The notes under the pieces: generated by a model
What the model saw: only the letters and a program-made list of their open reading frames with translations
What the model was told of the DNA's origin: nothing
The model's database searches: none
NCBI GenBank assembly: GCA_965287045.1
Contig: OZ336885.1
Coordinates: 61,938,001 to 62,002,000 of the forward strand
From: Carcharhinus amblyrhynchos
Taxonomy: Eukaryota
Direction: 5' to 3'
DNA length: 64,000 nucleotides
Part shown: positions 22,960-36,480 of the stretch, one piece after another
Numbering within the stretch: position 1 is the stretch's first letter
Layout: each line of letters opens with the position of its first letter
Program-made: the position numbers and the translations under genes

Positions 22960-25560
22960 CCCCAAGAATCCCAAAGAGGAATATCAGACCTCATAATCTG
23001 CAACAGTGAGTGTGCTGTTTTACGACATGCTCTTCAGAAACTTTCAGTGGGTACACAGAAAAAAAAACTCCCTGAAACGCTTTAAATCCCTTGACAAATA
23101 TGTCTTAGCCTGAGTCTTCCTCACTTCGAGATGACCTTCGTCGGGTAATTCGTGTGCGACCAACAGTACTTCTTGTGTCTATTCTGCCGGCAACAAAATC
23201 TGTTGAATCTCTGCACATTTCTTATTTGCACTAATGTGCCAATGACTCCGTTATCACTTCAAGAGTTTGTCCTTATATAGGAATCTGGAATATGCAATGA
23301 TGTCTTTTTTTTTCAAGTTGGCTTAATGCTATAATTCATTTGCCATCTCATCTATTTGTTGCAACTGTACCAACCCTTCAGAGCTCACCACGTCTGCCTA
23401 ATATTTTGCCTGCGCATCTTTATTTTCGTTTAGCATCTCATCGAACAGAGTTTCAGATTACTGAACCTCGACTCTTTCATCTTCAATTTTTTGTTCCCCC
23501 CTCCTGTTTTAACAAACGGCTTGGAGCCTTGTCACAACACAGTCCAGAAAAAAAAATGCACTACTTATAAACGTATAAACTTATAAACCGACTTTTTATG
23601 TGTCTAAGTATGGACGGCATACTTGAGTAGCCAATTTTCTATTGCTCCCACTGTCACTTTCAAAGTCTTGGTTGCACTTTCTTGTTGTATTTTACACAAC
23701 GGAATATTAATTCTTTCTCCATTTATTTCACAAATTACCACTCTCTCTGGGACTATTTCAGAAGGAGTCCATTTTTCTCTCTCCCACTCTTAGAGATAGT
23801 CTAGGTCCCTTATCGCTCAATATTTTAACGATTTTAGTATCACACTGGACTCCCCTCCCTCCACCCACTCCCCCGCACCCACCCCTCTCATCCTGCCTAA
23901 GTCGAAACTACCCACACAGATGAACTCTTTGAAAACATCGGGTGCCGTCTCACTATGCAAACTCCGTTAGGCTGCACACTCTCCTTCAGCTAATAGACTT
24001 CTATCGAGATTTTATTCACCGTCTTAACTAATACGGCTTGCAAATTCTTTTTTTACAACACTGTTTTCCAGTGCCTTTCTTAAGCCAGCAACTTGTGCTT
24101 TTGTGTGTCCCATCTTATTGCAGGGAAGACAGCTGAGGACTTTCACCTCTGTCCCGTTTCCTTTTTTTTGACAGGTTCTGAACTGTTCCCAGTGTGTTCT
24201 ACTTTTGTATTTCATTGAAGGTTTTCCCTCTTTCCGAATTTCCATCCCTCATGGGATGACGTTGATGTCCAAAGCTTAATTTCTCATTTTTGCAATAATG
24301 TTCATTGATCTGCCATCACTGGAGTTCTTCTCACTCTTTCAACTTCCTGTTCTACGATACATCCTCACATCATTTCTGGAAGTAAGACTTTCATTTTCTC
24401 CAAATGGAGTAATATCTCCAATAGTCTTTTTTTTGTTATATCTTAACTGCTCCCAGCCATCTATCGAAATTGCTCCGTTTATGCCTATCAAATGCGATAT
24501 AAACCTGACCTGGTTTCTTTCTTACATTTCTGAAACGCTTTCTGTATGCTTCTGGTACTCATTCGTACGCTTTCAAAATAGCCCTAATTCATTTTTTATA
24601 CACACACGGAAACATACTCTTACACCGTTGCAAGCACCTCCGTAGCCCTATTTTCCACCTTGGTCCGAATTAGTATTACCCACATCACCACTGGAGACTT
24701 TGTCTCTGCAGCCAATCTTTACAATGAATTGAAAAGTTTAGTGCATATTCTTGGTCAAATTTCTGTAATGTTTGGACACGTTTGTATTTATCCCTGATTG
24801 GTTGTTGACTACGAGGAGCATGTTCATCCTCACATAAATGGTACCCTTTCACTTCTGTTATGTTCAGTCGTTTTGTTTCAAATTCCAACCTCATGTAGTC
24901 CAAATAATAAAATAATAATCAAAACTTTCACTTTTTTCCCTTCCCTTTCCTTCATCTTTCTTCCTCTTTCCTTCGCTATGGATTCTGTCAGGTTTCCCGT
25001 TCCTCTTTCATCTTTCTCTTTCCCCATCCCTCCTTTTTCTATTTGTGAAGTTTAAGATCACGTTCTAACTTCAGTTGTTTCAATCAAAATGTATTTCTAC
25101 TAACCCCGCTGCACTTGCCTCTGTCTGATATTCCTAAATGTTCGGCTTCTTCCGCTACAATGTCAGCATTTCCTTTATCCCTAGTTCAACCCAATTTCAT
25201 TCCGTTTCCTAATTTTAAAAGTTTGACATTTTTGTTCGCGTCTTTCTAAAATTCTTTGGTAAATTTTGGAGGTATCTTCAAACTCCCGAACATTTTTAGC
25301 AGGCTACGAGCAAGTCCGCGACTTTTGACTCAGCCAACAATATGCAACCAAAGTTAAACATGTTTTCGACTTTGCATTTAAGTGTCATTTAATGATATAT
25401 AACTGTACAAATCGACCAATCTGTTAGAAGGAGGTTCTCCTCCTACCCGCGACTCGACTCTGAGAACTAACTCCGAACGACTTAGCAAGATGTGCCTAGA
25501 CTCATAATCTGTAAAAGTGAGTCTGACGTTGTATGATGTTCTCCAGCAATTTTAAGGGTT
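22960..25560 (-). mobile_element. Decayed Gypsy LTR retrotransposon, Gmr1-like
   Basis: Minus strand: zinc knuckle CLPCNKMGHTKAQ (~24100-24130), protease remnant VKILSDKG (~23805-23830), integrase Zn motif QILLP..EVLLVAHELPDEGHLEVRKT (~23110-23205); similar LTR-like remnants at ~22990-23035 and ~25500-25545. Confidence 0.7.
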
Positions 25561-26599
25561 AAATCGAATTAACTTGCTTCATTTTTTTTTCCAAAGTCAA
25601 CAAGATTGATTTATTTAACATTGAAATCAGGTAACTTCACTATTAACAGAGCGGATAAAAAAAAATCGAATGGAATGCAATTCTGATAAGGCCAGTTCCC
25701 GTTTGTGAACAAAAAACAAAGTATTTTAGTCACTGCAAAATATAACTAGATTTCACGTCTTCTAGAATATTCTGGGATTTTATGTTGACTTTTCGGCGCG
25801 CAACTTCTGTCATTTTTGAAATCTTTTCTACTGAGTTAAGGCTTTGGGTTAATCGGTGTGATATGTGGGAGATGAAAATTCGTTTCCTCTTCGGTCGCAC
25901 TGCCCCTCGCTTTTATAGCAGTGATGAAATGTCATGTCACCCCACAATCTGCTTGGCGCCTGGTTGGCAAATCTGGATAGCCTAAATTATTATTTTATGT
26001 ATACAAATACCTACTTCCAATATCATTAGCATGCCTGATAGGCTTTTTTTGTCTCTTAAACCCTGTTGTTTTACTTTCCTATACAAATGTTTCATATTTT
26101 TGGCAATTTTAATGCATTCAAGTTAACACTGTGGACATTTGAACGGATGGTACGCGCAATGATATCACTTTTATTTTGTTGCCGAAGTAGCCACCCGCGA
26201 TGAATTGACAAAAATGTGGAGGAAGAATAATGCATCCAAATTTAGAGACTCCCCCTCAATACGCAGACGACCCGAAATAATTTACCTCCCTTTATGACTT
26301 ACCATTTTCTTTCAACTCGCCCTTCCATTCGAGACTTCCTAGAAATGAAAAAAAAAATGGATGCACATAGTTCTGCTGGCATAATTTGCATTCACTGCAT
26401 TCAGAAAATGGAGATTTTCTGTCTTTTCCCCAGGTAACGGCATTGAAATTGTGATAAGCATGGCAATTGTGTTGAACATGAAGTGCAGTATTGAAATGTT
26501 GAAAAGAGACCTCAACTTCTGCTCCTGCTGAAGTATGAGTTAGGTGAATGGCTCACAGTTACATGGTGTAAATAAGTTCGAGATGATTTGCGTAAGATA

Positions 26600-27090
26600 G
26601 AGGTTTCTTTTAATCATTCGTGGAACATGGGGCGGAGGAGGGGGTGATGGCTGACCAGTTTATATTGCCCATCCCTAGATGCCCTTCAGAAAGTGCTGGT
26701 GAGCTGTCTTCTTGAGTCATTGCCTTCTGTGTGATTTGGACTGACCCACAACGCCATTAGGGAGGGAACTGCAAGGTTTCGATCTAGAGACTGCAAAGTA
26801 ATGACGATATATTTCCGAGTTTGAATGATAAGTGGCTTGGAGTGGGCCTGGCTGGTGCCGGTGTTGCCATTTATCTGCTTTTCCATCTAGATGATACTGG
26901 CCGTGGACTTCGAAGGTGCTGCCGAAGGATCTTTGGCGAATTGTTGCAGTGCATCCTGTAGACAGTACACACTGCTGCCTCTGAGCTTGGCTGGTAGAGG
27001 GATTGAATGATTTTAGGTGTGATGCCAATCTAGCGGGACGCTTTGCCGTGGATGGTGTCAAGCGTCTTCAGTGTTGTTGGAGCTGTACCA
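26600..27090 (-). mobile_element. CR1/L2-group LINE 3' fragment
   Basis: Minus-strand APTTLKTLDTIHGKA and 3' end AAGGGCATCTAGGGATGGGCAAT. Confidence 0.7.
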
Positions 27091-27934
27091 GAAATTCGGC
27101 ATATTGTGGGTGAAATTCAAATGAGTGGTTAGGAACTGCTGCTGACCTTCACGCCCGGGATTTTTTTCTGTTCACCATTCCTGCTATTGACACGCCTGGG
27201 GGACACTCTATTCTGTATTGAGTGAGTCATACGACAGAGAAAGATCTCACATGGCTCAGAATCATGGGAGCAATACAAATATCGAAGAATTATATTTTAC
27301 CTTCCAATTGAAGGGGGATTTTTTGTTCTGCAAAAGAAAAAAAAATCAACTTACTGGCATTTTGACAGTTCTACCAAAATAAATATTTGAAACATAATTT
27401 GATGTGGCACTTTAATAAATTCTGTATGTCATTCTGCGGATTGCATTTCTCCCGTTGTTAATGCCAATACTCGATAGGCACATGGATCATGGGTTATAAT
27501 TTGGATATGGTTTGACATAGTGGGCAATGCCTCAGAATCTGCCTTTTTGCTCATATCAGTTTGAGCAATACACTGAAATCATCATTGTATTCCGGTTAAG
27601 TATACATCTCGAATTAGCTATGGATGAAACAAAAAACTTAATTAAAAAACATGTTAAATAACCTTTCGACTTGTTAACTTTAGCATCAAAATGGTCGGCA
27701 AATATTTCGAGGGACAACTTATAGCAGCATGGAACCTTACATATAAAAACTTTTTGACCAACTGAAATAAACCTCAGTCGAATGCCCAGAATTTCTGCAA
27801 AAATAATTTTATTTTGGCGGCCGTTTACTCGGTAGGGAAAGATTTCACATGGCATAGTTGGTGTGGGATTTTGAAGGAGCCAATTGATTGATTGATAATG
27901 AAGGAAAGCACGAGGCAAGTTTTCCGGGAGGGAT

Positions 27935-28085
27935 GACAGCACAGTGGTTATCCCTGCTGCCTTAGAATACCAGGGATCCGGGATCAATTCCCACCTCCAG
28001 TCACTGTCGGTGTGCAGTTTTCACTTTCTGTCCATGTCTGCGTGGGTTTCCTCCGGATGCTCCTGTTTCCTCTCACGTGCCAAAC
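27935..28085 (+). mobile_element. tRNA-derived SINE 5' part
   Basis: GCACAGTGGTTATCCCTGCTGCC...CAGGGATCCGGGATCAATTCC...GGGTTTCCTCCGGATGCTCC. Confidence 0.8.
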
Positions 28086-28199
28086 ACGCTCAACTCCGGA
28101 ATCAACCTAGTGAACTTCTCCTGAACCACGTCCAAGGCAACTATATCCTTCCTCAAGTAAGAGGAGCAAAAATTTACAAGATATTCTAATTCCCACCCC

Positions 28200-28700
28200 C
28201 ACTAATATCACGTGGAGTCACAAAAACAGATCACTTCTTTTGATCTATTCGTTGACACATTTGTGTCATTCAATCGTGAAGGCCCTTGTATCACATTGCA
28301 AAAACAGGTTCCCAAATTCCACTTGGATAATAATATACCTTTGCAGTTTCTAAACCAAATCGATAAGTTCATTCTTATCGACATTGAACTTCCAATTTCA
28401 AATTTTCCCACAATCTCTAAACTTCTTTTTTTTTACTTCATCATCGGAACTTCCTGCCCCACCAAATTTAGTGTCAGCTGCAAAGTCAGCTGTGGCACCT
28501 TGCATGTCTTTATGCAATTAATTAATGCGAAATTTTAAATAGCTAGGGAAAGAGGGAAGAACCCTTTGGTAACACGTCAGTTACAACTTGCCAACTAGAA
28601 TATCATAAATTTTTTCACGACCTTCTATTTATTTTGCTCATTCAATCCTCCATCCGAACTAACCAGTTGTCCGCAGTCCAACGTGAGTTGAGTTTTTGTT
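28200..28700 (-). mobile_element. Very old CR1 RT fragment
   Basis: Minus-strand FAADTKFG (FADDTK motif) at ~28460-28485. Confidence 0.55.
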
Positions 28701-29974
28701 TTAAGTATTTGCCCGTGATTTTTCAAAACAAGAGCAAAAAGCAAGATCATGCCAGCTGAAAGAGAACTACCTGTATTCAGGTATGATCATAATTAACCAG
28801 AAGTAGTATTCCCAGCATTAAGTGACTTTATTGGCGTCGGATGCACTTCTCCAAAGAAAACCAGTATGCGTTGTTGCTTATCCCCGAAACAATCCTGAAC
28901 AATCCTGTTCATTTGCAATACTAGTACGAACTTTCAGTTTGCCCTGTCCTCAACGTAATTTTACAAAGTTTTCCGCTTTGTGGTGCAATTTTGGTGGTAT
29001 GGTCTACATGGTATTGTTTATTGCGTCTCTTTTTTTTTAAATTGTTATCATATTAAAACGTGAGAACATGTTTTTTCCTTCTCCATTTTGTACATTCAAA
29101 ACTGGCACAAATTTTCCACATATCCCAAAGCAGGATTGATATCGGGATTATTTATTTGCACGCAACTTCCCTGCAGCATTAATGCTTACTGAAAAAAAAC
29201 CCAAATATCTCGATTTCTTTTTGTCCAATGATGGCTACACTCTCCATTTTTGTATTGATTATGTACGAAATTAAAGAGTTATCGGCAATATTCCGTGGAA
29301 TATTCATTGAAAACTTTCGCGGGTTTATATTCACGGGTCAGACAGGGAACAAAGCATCTGATTTGAAGCAGGAATGTAGAAAAAAATGAAGTTATGGAAA
29401 CACAATGCTGAGTAGAACTCTAGTTTCAAATCCACGAAAAAAAAGGTAATTGTGTTTTTTTTTTAACTGAATTTGTCCAGCATAATTTCAGCAGATGTTT
29501 TTGACACCATAAAATGACCACAGATTTTTAGAGGCCAATCGAGAGTACCGCATTCGAATGCTCTCGTTTGCCGGGACGCTGACGAGTGTGTAGCCGGGAA
29601 TGAAGGACAAGAACATTTGCAATTGTAATTTTGTAAATGCAGCCTAATGTTTAATAACATTCGAAGAATTACCTTGATGTAAAGCGGTAAGCGCCGGACG
29701 TCAACTGCCTAAAGGCGTCACATTGCGTCGAAGTCTTGAATTCTGAACACCTTTCATTCCTCCAAGCCCCCTTTTTTGATTTTTTTTTTGACCGACATAA
29801 ACTTAGTGATTACTCCTCCAGGTAGTCTTTGCAGCAATTGGCATTAAAAAGTGAATATACTTCGTTGATGCCACAGCATAATAAAGTGCAAGACAACGAG
29901 CAGGACTACTGTTCAGTAATAGCTCCCTTCATGTCTTCGTCTAACGCATGTAAATACTGCTGGAGGTGTCATTC

Positions 29975-31690
29975 ATAAGAACATAAGAAATAGGAGCAGG
30001 AGTAGGCCATCTAGCCCTTCGAGCCTACCCCGCCATTCAATAAGATCATGGCTGATCTGTCGTGGCTCAGTTCCACTTTCCCGCCCACTCCCCATAACCC
30101 TTAATCCCCTTGCCTATCAAAAACCTATCAACCCGCGTCTTAAATATATTTAACGAGGCAGCCTCCACCACTTCAACGGGCAGAGAATTCCAGAGATTCA
30201 CCACCCTTTGAGTGAAGAAGTTCCTCCTCAACTTCGTTCTAAACCGCCCCCCCCCCCCCCCCTTTGTCTTGTGGCTGTGCCCTCTAGTCCTACTGTCCTT
30301 TCTGAGCGGGAAGAGCCTCTCCACCTCTATCCTATCCATCCCATTCATCATCTTATATGTCTCAATGAGATCTCCCCTCATTCTTCTAAACTCTAACGAG
30401 TACAAGCCTAGTTTATTCATCCTCTCCTCATAGTTCAACCCCCTCAAATCAGGTACCAGCCTAGTAAACCTCCTCTGCACTCCCTCCAAGGCCAAAATAT
30501 CCTTGCGTAAGTGCGGCGACCAAAACTGCGCTAAGTATTCCAGCTGCGGCCTCACCAGTGCCCTGTACAATTGCAGCAAGACCTCCCTACTTTTATATTC
30601 AACCCCCCATGCTATGAAGACCATCATCCCATTTGCCTTCCTGACCACCTGCTGCACCTGCAGGCTGGGTTTTTGCGACTCATGCACAAGGACCCCGAGG
30701 TCCCTCTGCACCGTTGCATGCTGCAGTTTTTCGCCATGTAAGTAATAGTCCTTCCTACCATTATTCCTACCAAAGTGGACCACCTCGCACTTGCCAACTT
30801 TAAATTCCATTTGCCCGTTCCTGGCCCATTCGCCCAGCCTATCTCGATCCTTCTGCAGACTCTCCACACCCTCCGCACAATTTGCCGTTCCACCAATCTT
30901 GGTGTCATCAGCAAATTTCGACACCATACACTCAGTTCCCTCCTCCAGATCATCTATATAAATGGTAAATAGCTGAGGCCCCAGCACCGACCCCTGGGGC
31001 ACTCCACTAGTCACCTACCGCCAATCCGAATAGCACCCATTGACCCCCACTCTCTGCCTCCTATTTGACAGCCAATCCTCTATCCACGCTAATACCCTAC
31101 CCCCAACTCCATGCACCCTAACCTTCTGTAATAACCTCTTGTGCGGCACCTTATTAAACGCCTTCTGAAAATCAAGAAACACCACATCCACCGGCTCTCC
31201 TTTATCCACCGCCCTAGACACATCCTCATAGAACTCCAATAAATTCGTCAGACATGACTTCCCCTTAATGAAACCGTGCTGCATCTGCTCTATCAAACAA
31301 TTCTCCTCAAGATGCCTCGCTATTTTTTACTTGATCATGGATTCTAACATTTTACTTACAACAGACGTTAAACTAACCGGCCTATAATTCCTTGCCTTTT
31401 GCCTGCCACCCTTCTTAAAAAACGGCGTAACATTAGCCGTTTTCCAATCTTCCGGCACTTCCCCGGAATCCAGCGATGTTTGGAAAATAATCATCAAAGC
31501 ATCCACTATCACCTCCGCCATTTCTTTCAGAACCTTTGGATGCATTCCATCTGGTCCAGGGGACTTGTCCACCATCGGTCCCTCCAGCCTTTCGAGCACT
31601 GCCTCTCTAGTAACAATAATGTCATTCAGGCCCTCCAATCCTACCATCTTTCCATCGCTAACACCCGGGATCATTCCCTGGGATCCGAAT
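29975..31690 (-). mobile_element. Young 5'-truncated CR1 LINE (ORF2 C-half nearly intact)
   Basis: ORFs 31327-31701, 31015-31296 and 30067-31014: KSPGPDG, NYRPVSLTS, DFQKAF, GVPQGSVLGP, FADDTK; 3' tandem ATAAGAAC tail. Confidence 0.97.
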
Positions 31691-34399
31691 GAGATGAACA
31701 TATCGCATTTCTGAGCTGGACTGTTCGGATGGTTTCAGCTTGTAGTCTATTAAGTGCAACCAGAAACCCGCTTCCGTTGGTGGGAAAAGTGGATAAGCTG
31801 CTGCACACAGCAGGATTAAGTGAAAAGGTGTAGTTAAAACGAAGTGACGCGCATGATGAGTTGCTTCAACCCCAATGTGGAAACAAAGAGGACGTGTAAC
31901 ATTTGTGTAACACTATCGTGCAACATTCTGGTTGGAATCATTGTGGAAGAACTCTGCGAAGGGCCTGTCTGCTTTTTTTTTCCGTCAATGAAGCCCCTGA
32001 AGTTGCAAATACACCCTCCACTCCCTCATTTTCATACGATTCCAAGCCAGTTGCCCAGCTGAATTACCTGAACAAGGCACGGTATTCTATTTGACGGTTT
32101 TGCATTGTTTCAGCCATTATTTGTGAGAATGTGACGTAACTTGAAGCAGGTTAATTTGATTGCGAAACTATTATCTGAACATATACCTATACTCATGCTC
32201 ACTTGTCCGTGTTGCTTGTGGTCACCTTCTGCAGCCCAGTCTCCTTTCTCCTTCTTGCTGTTTTGATGGTGATTGACCAAACTTATCCTTCTGTGCGACT
32301 CTGCTTCCTGCATTACTTGGAAATGTATGTAGCCATGCATTCTGATGATACCACTTGACAACATTAAACAAATAATATAATTGATGAAATGGGGAGGGGA
32401 CGTTGTAGCAAACAATTACGACACCTGGGAATCAATGAGGATGCAAGTATCATGAAAAAAAAAACACTGGAAAATATAAGACACACCTATTTTTGTGCCA
32501 CGTTGATCACAGGTCAGATGATCAATCAGAGAGTTAAATATATTTCGGCCTATTAATGTTTCTATTCCCGCTCAAAGATTTCCCAGCAGGGCGTATGTGC
32601 AACAAATTAACCATTCGACATAATTGAAACACATATCCATCAATCACAATCCGGCTGATGCAAACCCTGCCTCTCGAGGATTTGTGAAACGTCATGGATT
32701 TATTGATTTTCGTTGGCAAGCGATTTGTGGCCATGCTAATCATTTGGCAAGTAACTCACTGCAAGGTGCTCAATATTTTCTGAGAATTTGATTGGAATGT
32801 TGTTTCATTGTCTACACCATCTCGACTATGTATCCGCTGTTGCCCTTGAGGCTGCGACAATGGTGAGCCTTCTAACAAATCTGCACTCTAACTTATGAAG
32901 CAGTCCGTACATGACCACACAATGATACATGAAATTTATTGTCACAGAAACTTGCACGCCCATTAGCATTGTATTGCCTTTGCGTACAGTAGTTCCTGCT
33001 CACAAATATGGTACTGGTGAGAAATAAAAATATTTGCCATCATTTGGTCCCTGTTTCATTGCACGACAAGCATTTCACTTTTCAGCCAGCTGTGACAGAT
33101 TCAGTTATGCTAAATGCCTCATCGTCACACACACCTCACTGCGCTCAGCATGATCCTCTTAATCCTTTGTTCACGCCACATAGCCGTCGCTTTGTTTGGC
33201 CCTTGCAACAACACCTGACGGTGTTTCAAAACCAGAGCTGTAAGAACCAATTGTCTCATTTTCTCCAACTGATGTAAATAAAAAAAAATAGCAGGTACTC
33301 AAAGATCCATTCATCTCAATGTTTGGCGCTATTTGTGATCAGTATAGTGCGTTGTGCGCAGCTGCCGCCACAAGCGAGACTCCAGGCAACTGCAAACACC
33401 ATCCTTTTCCGTTAAACAGTTTTTTTTTCTCTGAAAAGGAATCACTGAACATGTATATCTTGAGCGAGGAAGTAGAAGCCCCCACTTTGCAATAATCGTG
33501 AATCACGTATGAAATGTTTTTTTTCATGGCACACGATCCATCCTGCAAAACATTTGCTTCGCCATGTTAATCTTGGTTCCGTGGAATTCAGTATTGGTTT
33601 TCTCTGTACAAATCTTGCTAAAGTCGCCACGCCCGCCACCCCGCACCCCCCACCCCACATGCGAGCAATGTGCCACTTCAGTAATTCTGCCATTCGGTAT
33701 TAATATTAATTGATTTGTCAGCTTTCTGACACAGAGTTTCATCCTTGCAATACTTCATTTATATGGCAAGTCTCTCCTTCTCCATGGCTCAGCTAAAATG
33801 GCATTTGCATTTGGAAGTTACCAGCATCCTACAAATAAAATTGCTCTTCCTAATTGTTGCACAAAGCGCCGAGAGAAATTGAACAGTTCATTTTTCACTC
33901 CAATGCAACACGATGACTATTTGCTCAATGAAGTGCATTTCTATGGTATACTGAATCTGAAGACCGACATTTATCTTTCCTGAAAAGGTCATACGGTACA
34001 AAATGCAGTTAAAATATGGGCAGTTTGTATTTCCAAGAGACAAATGTGTCAAGAAATACAATAATTTGGTTGCTTATTGTTGGCACACTCCTTTTGCATC
34101 CAAATGATCTCCAGCATCACATTGTGTTGTAAAACCTCTTACAGGAGGATATTTTGTTTTAATAATTTCTTTCTCCAGAGCCCCGACTATTAAGTATGTC
34201 CAATACCCTTGTTTCCTATGGCAGGAATCCAAACAATGCACCAACATGAGATTTACACTCAACCTGGGATGATGGCGACAGCGGAAAACAGACAGGATGC
34301 CATATGTTAATCTTTCCTGTCAATGGATTGATAAGAACAGTAGAGAGAAAGCTTGAAGCAATCAGTTCCTGTTGCAGTTTTGAGCGGCAATTGAGTACA

Positions 34400-34830
34400 T
34401 CTGCAAAACATTTTCACTCTTTTCATTGAGAAATATGCGATTTAGAACGTGATATAATTTCCATTGCAGTTATATTCGGGAGCAATGCAGCAAAAATAGT
34501 TGAATAGCAGTCAATATTGCACTAGGAGCTCAGTATTCAGCCAAGAAAAAAAATACAACGGGCAAAGATCATTCCAAAATTTGTTGGGTAATTACCCGAC
34601 GAGCTATGGGGTGTTGAGCAGAGTAGGAAGTCAGCTATCAATTACTCAATGGGATTGCTACATGCGAGCAAATTGCTGGCAATGAAAGCCTGAAAGCGAG
34701 CTGTTCAAATTCATGGTTTCAGCTTACATAGCTTACACATCTTATTTTGCTGTACTGACATAAACTGCAACAATGTTGGGTACCAAACAAATAGAATATT
34801 GAAGGACAGGGAGAACGTTCAGTAAAATAA
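34400..34830 (+). mobile_element. Very old CR1-like RT remnant
   Basis: Degenerate QGSVLGP-like GGAGCTCAGTATTCAGCC with weak downstream similarity. Confidence 0.35.
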
Positions 34831-36124
34831 CCAAGGTCCTCATCTTATCATTTGACCTAATAATGAAGAGACAATTTATTTTAGACGAGGGCGTTCCGTT
34901 GCAAACCTACAACTATGGAACTGTAGGGAACCTATATTGGAGAATGAGCGTGATGATCCCATTGTCCTTGTACCAGCAAACATTTCCCAAATCAACGTTT
35001 TCGCATCTCCTGGTCCACAGTCATACAAATTATTGTGCGTCAGCCCGAGGCATCATTTTAAATCAGCTCACTTTCCAAAAGTAGCCAGCCGGATAGGCAA
35101 TGAAAATCACGTGGGTCCGATACTGGCCACGAGTTTTGACACCTTACCTTTCCTTTTCCTCACCAAATGACCTTCCATCCATCCTGTCTGACAATTGATT
35201 TCCCAAACGCGTTGGGATGAGGGGGGGGGGGGGGGGGGGGAGTGGTGTGATATCTTGCCTGTTAATCTTTTTTTTTCATAACATCTAACTTTGTACAGCG
35301 CAAATATTTTTGAACTTCCCTCTTCAATCCTGAAGTAGGCAACCAAGCATAACCAATTTCTCTGTGGAGGTCCAAATTTTAAGTTTAGAAATCACACTTG
35401 CATGTGCTAATTAATGGTGTTAATTCTTCCAAATAATGTTATATCCAAAAACGTACATGAAACTGCAGCTAAGGCCTTGAAAAATGATGGACATTGTTGC
35501 ATCAACACATATTGACTTGCATTGGACATTTTGCCATCAAACAAGAGTAATGCTTTCTTTGAGCGGCTGATCAAAGTGCCCTGCAAATTTTACACAATAA
35601 CCGATATTGATTCAATTATCTCTCGCTTCTGAATATCCACTTAAAATGTTTCAACTCATTGAGTATTTCTCTGTATAGTTTTCGCTTCGCAAGTATGTTC
35701 AATAAGATGTTGCTTTTCATTGAACTCCATTTCCCAGCTTCCTGCTCACGCAGTCATTCTTGAGACAGCTGTTTGCCTCTCTGTACCAACAACGTGGTCA
35801 TTTGTGATACATATTATATATATGGCCATCACACTTATATGTTGCCACATAAACCTTTTAGAACAAGCACTGGCCTACGTAAAATTCCAGGGAGAACAGA
35901 ATTGCAGTCGTAAAACCTTTCATCAGTTTTCATCTGGTCATGGACCAAAAACTCGCTCCTACTTCCGACGATACATTGCTTAAAATTAAATTTGATTTAT
36001 TTTCAGTCTGGGACAAGGGAACATGTCAAGTTTCATACTAAATCGTTTAACAGCTGTGTGCACTACACTGTGACTTGCAATCCTCCTTAGCAATTGCCAA
36101 AAAACAAAAACATTTATTATTTAG

Positions 36125-36480
36125 ACTTGATCATCCCGGAAGAAAGACATGCTGACTATGCCAGAGCAATCAGTGACACTGCAGTCTGATCCTCAGGGGA
36201 TTTCGAACGTACGGTGGAGAGCCAAAGCAAAATCGGCAGTCGTCTCATTTTGGTTAGCTTCCCATAGCAGCATTTTTTTTTGCAAAAGTACAACTTGCCC
36301 GGACTTCTAAGCCCAGTGAGCCTGAATGGAACCCTGCAACGGTTATTAAAAAAAAAACATCCACCATTTCCTCCGTGGCTTTCTGCTGCAGCCCGAAATG
36401 CAATACATCGTGCCCGTGTTGGATAACGATTTTGAAGAATGTTAGTCCCTGACGTAATCCATCTCCCACATTGCTTGCTT
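36125..36480 (+). pseudogene. Candidate decayed Ig-like exon
   Basis: After TTATTATTTAG: EQSVTLQS (TCT, one base from Cys) DPQGISNVRWR, and later TISSV. Confidence 0.25.

Noticed and set aside
13190-28800. Possible TCR/Ig J segments or RSS (~13210-13256, 17820-17860, 26127-26165, 28691-28790)
   Set aside because: None has an intact FGxG together with a correctly spaced heptamer and nonamer; most CACAGTG hits are SINE heads
29840-29975. Minus-strand HEGSYY*TV resembling an Ig F strand beside the CR1 insertion
   Set aside because: Single short motif with no consistent frame or splice sites across the insertion
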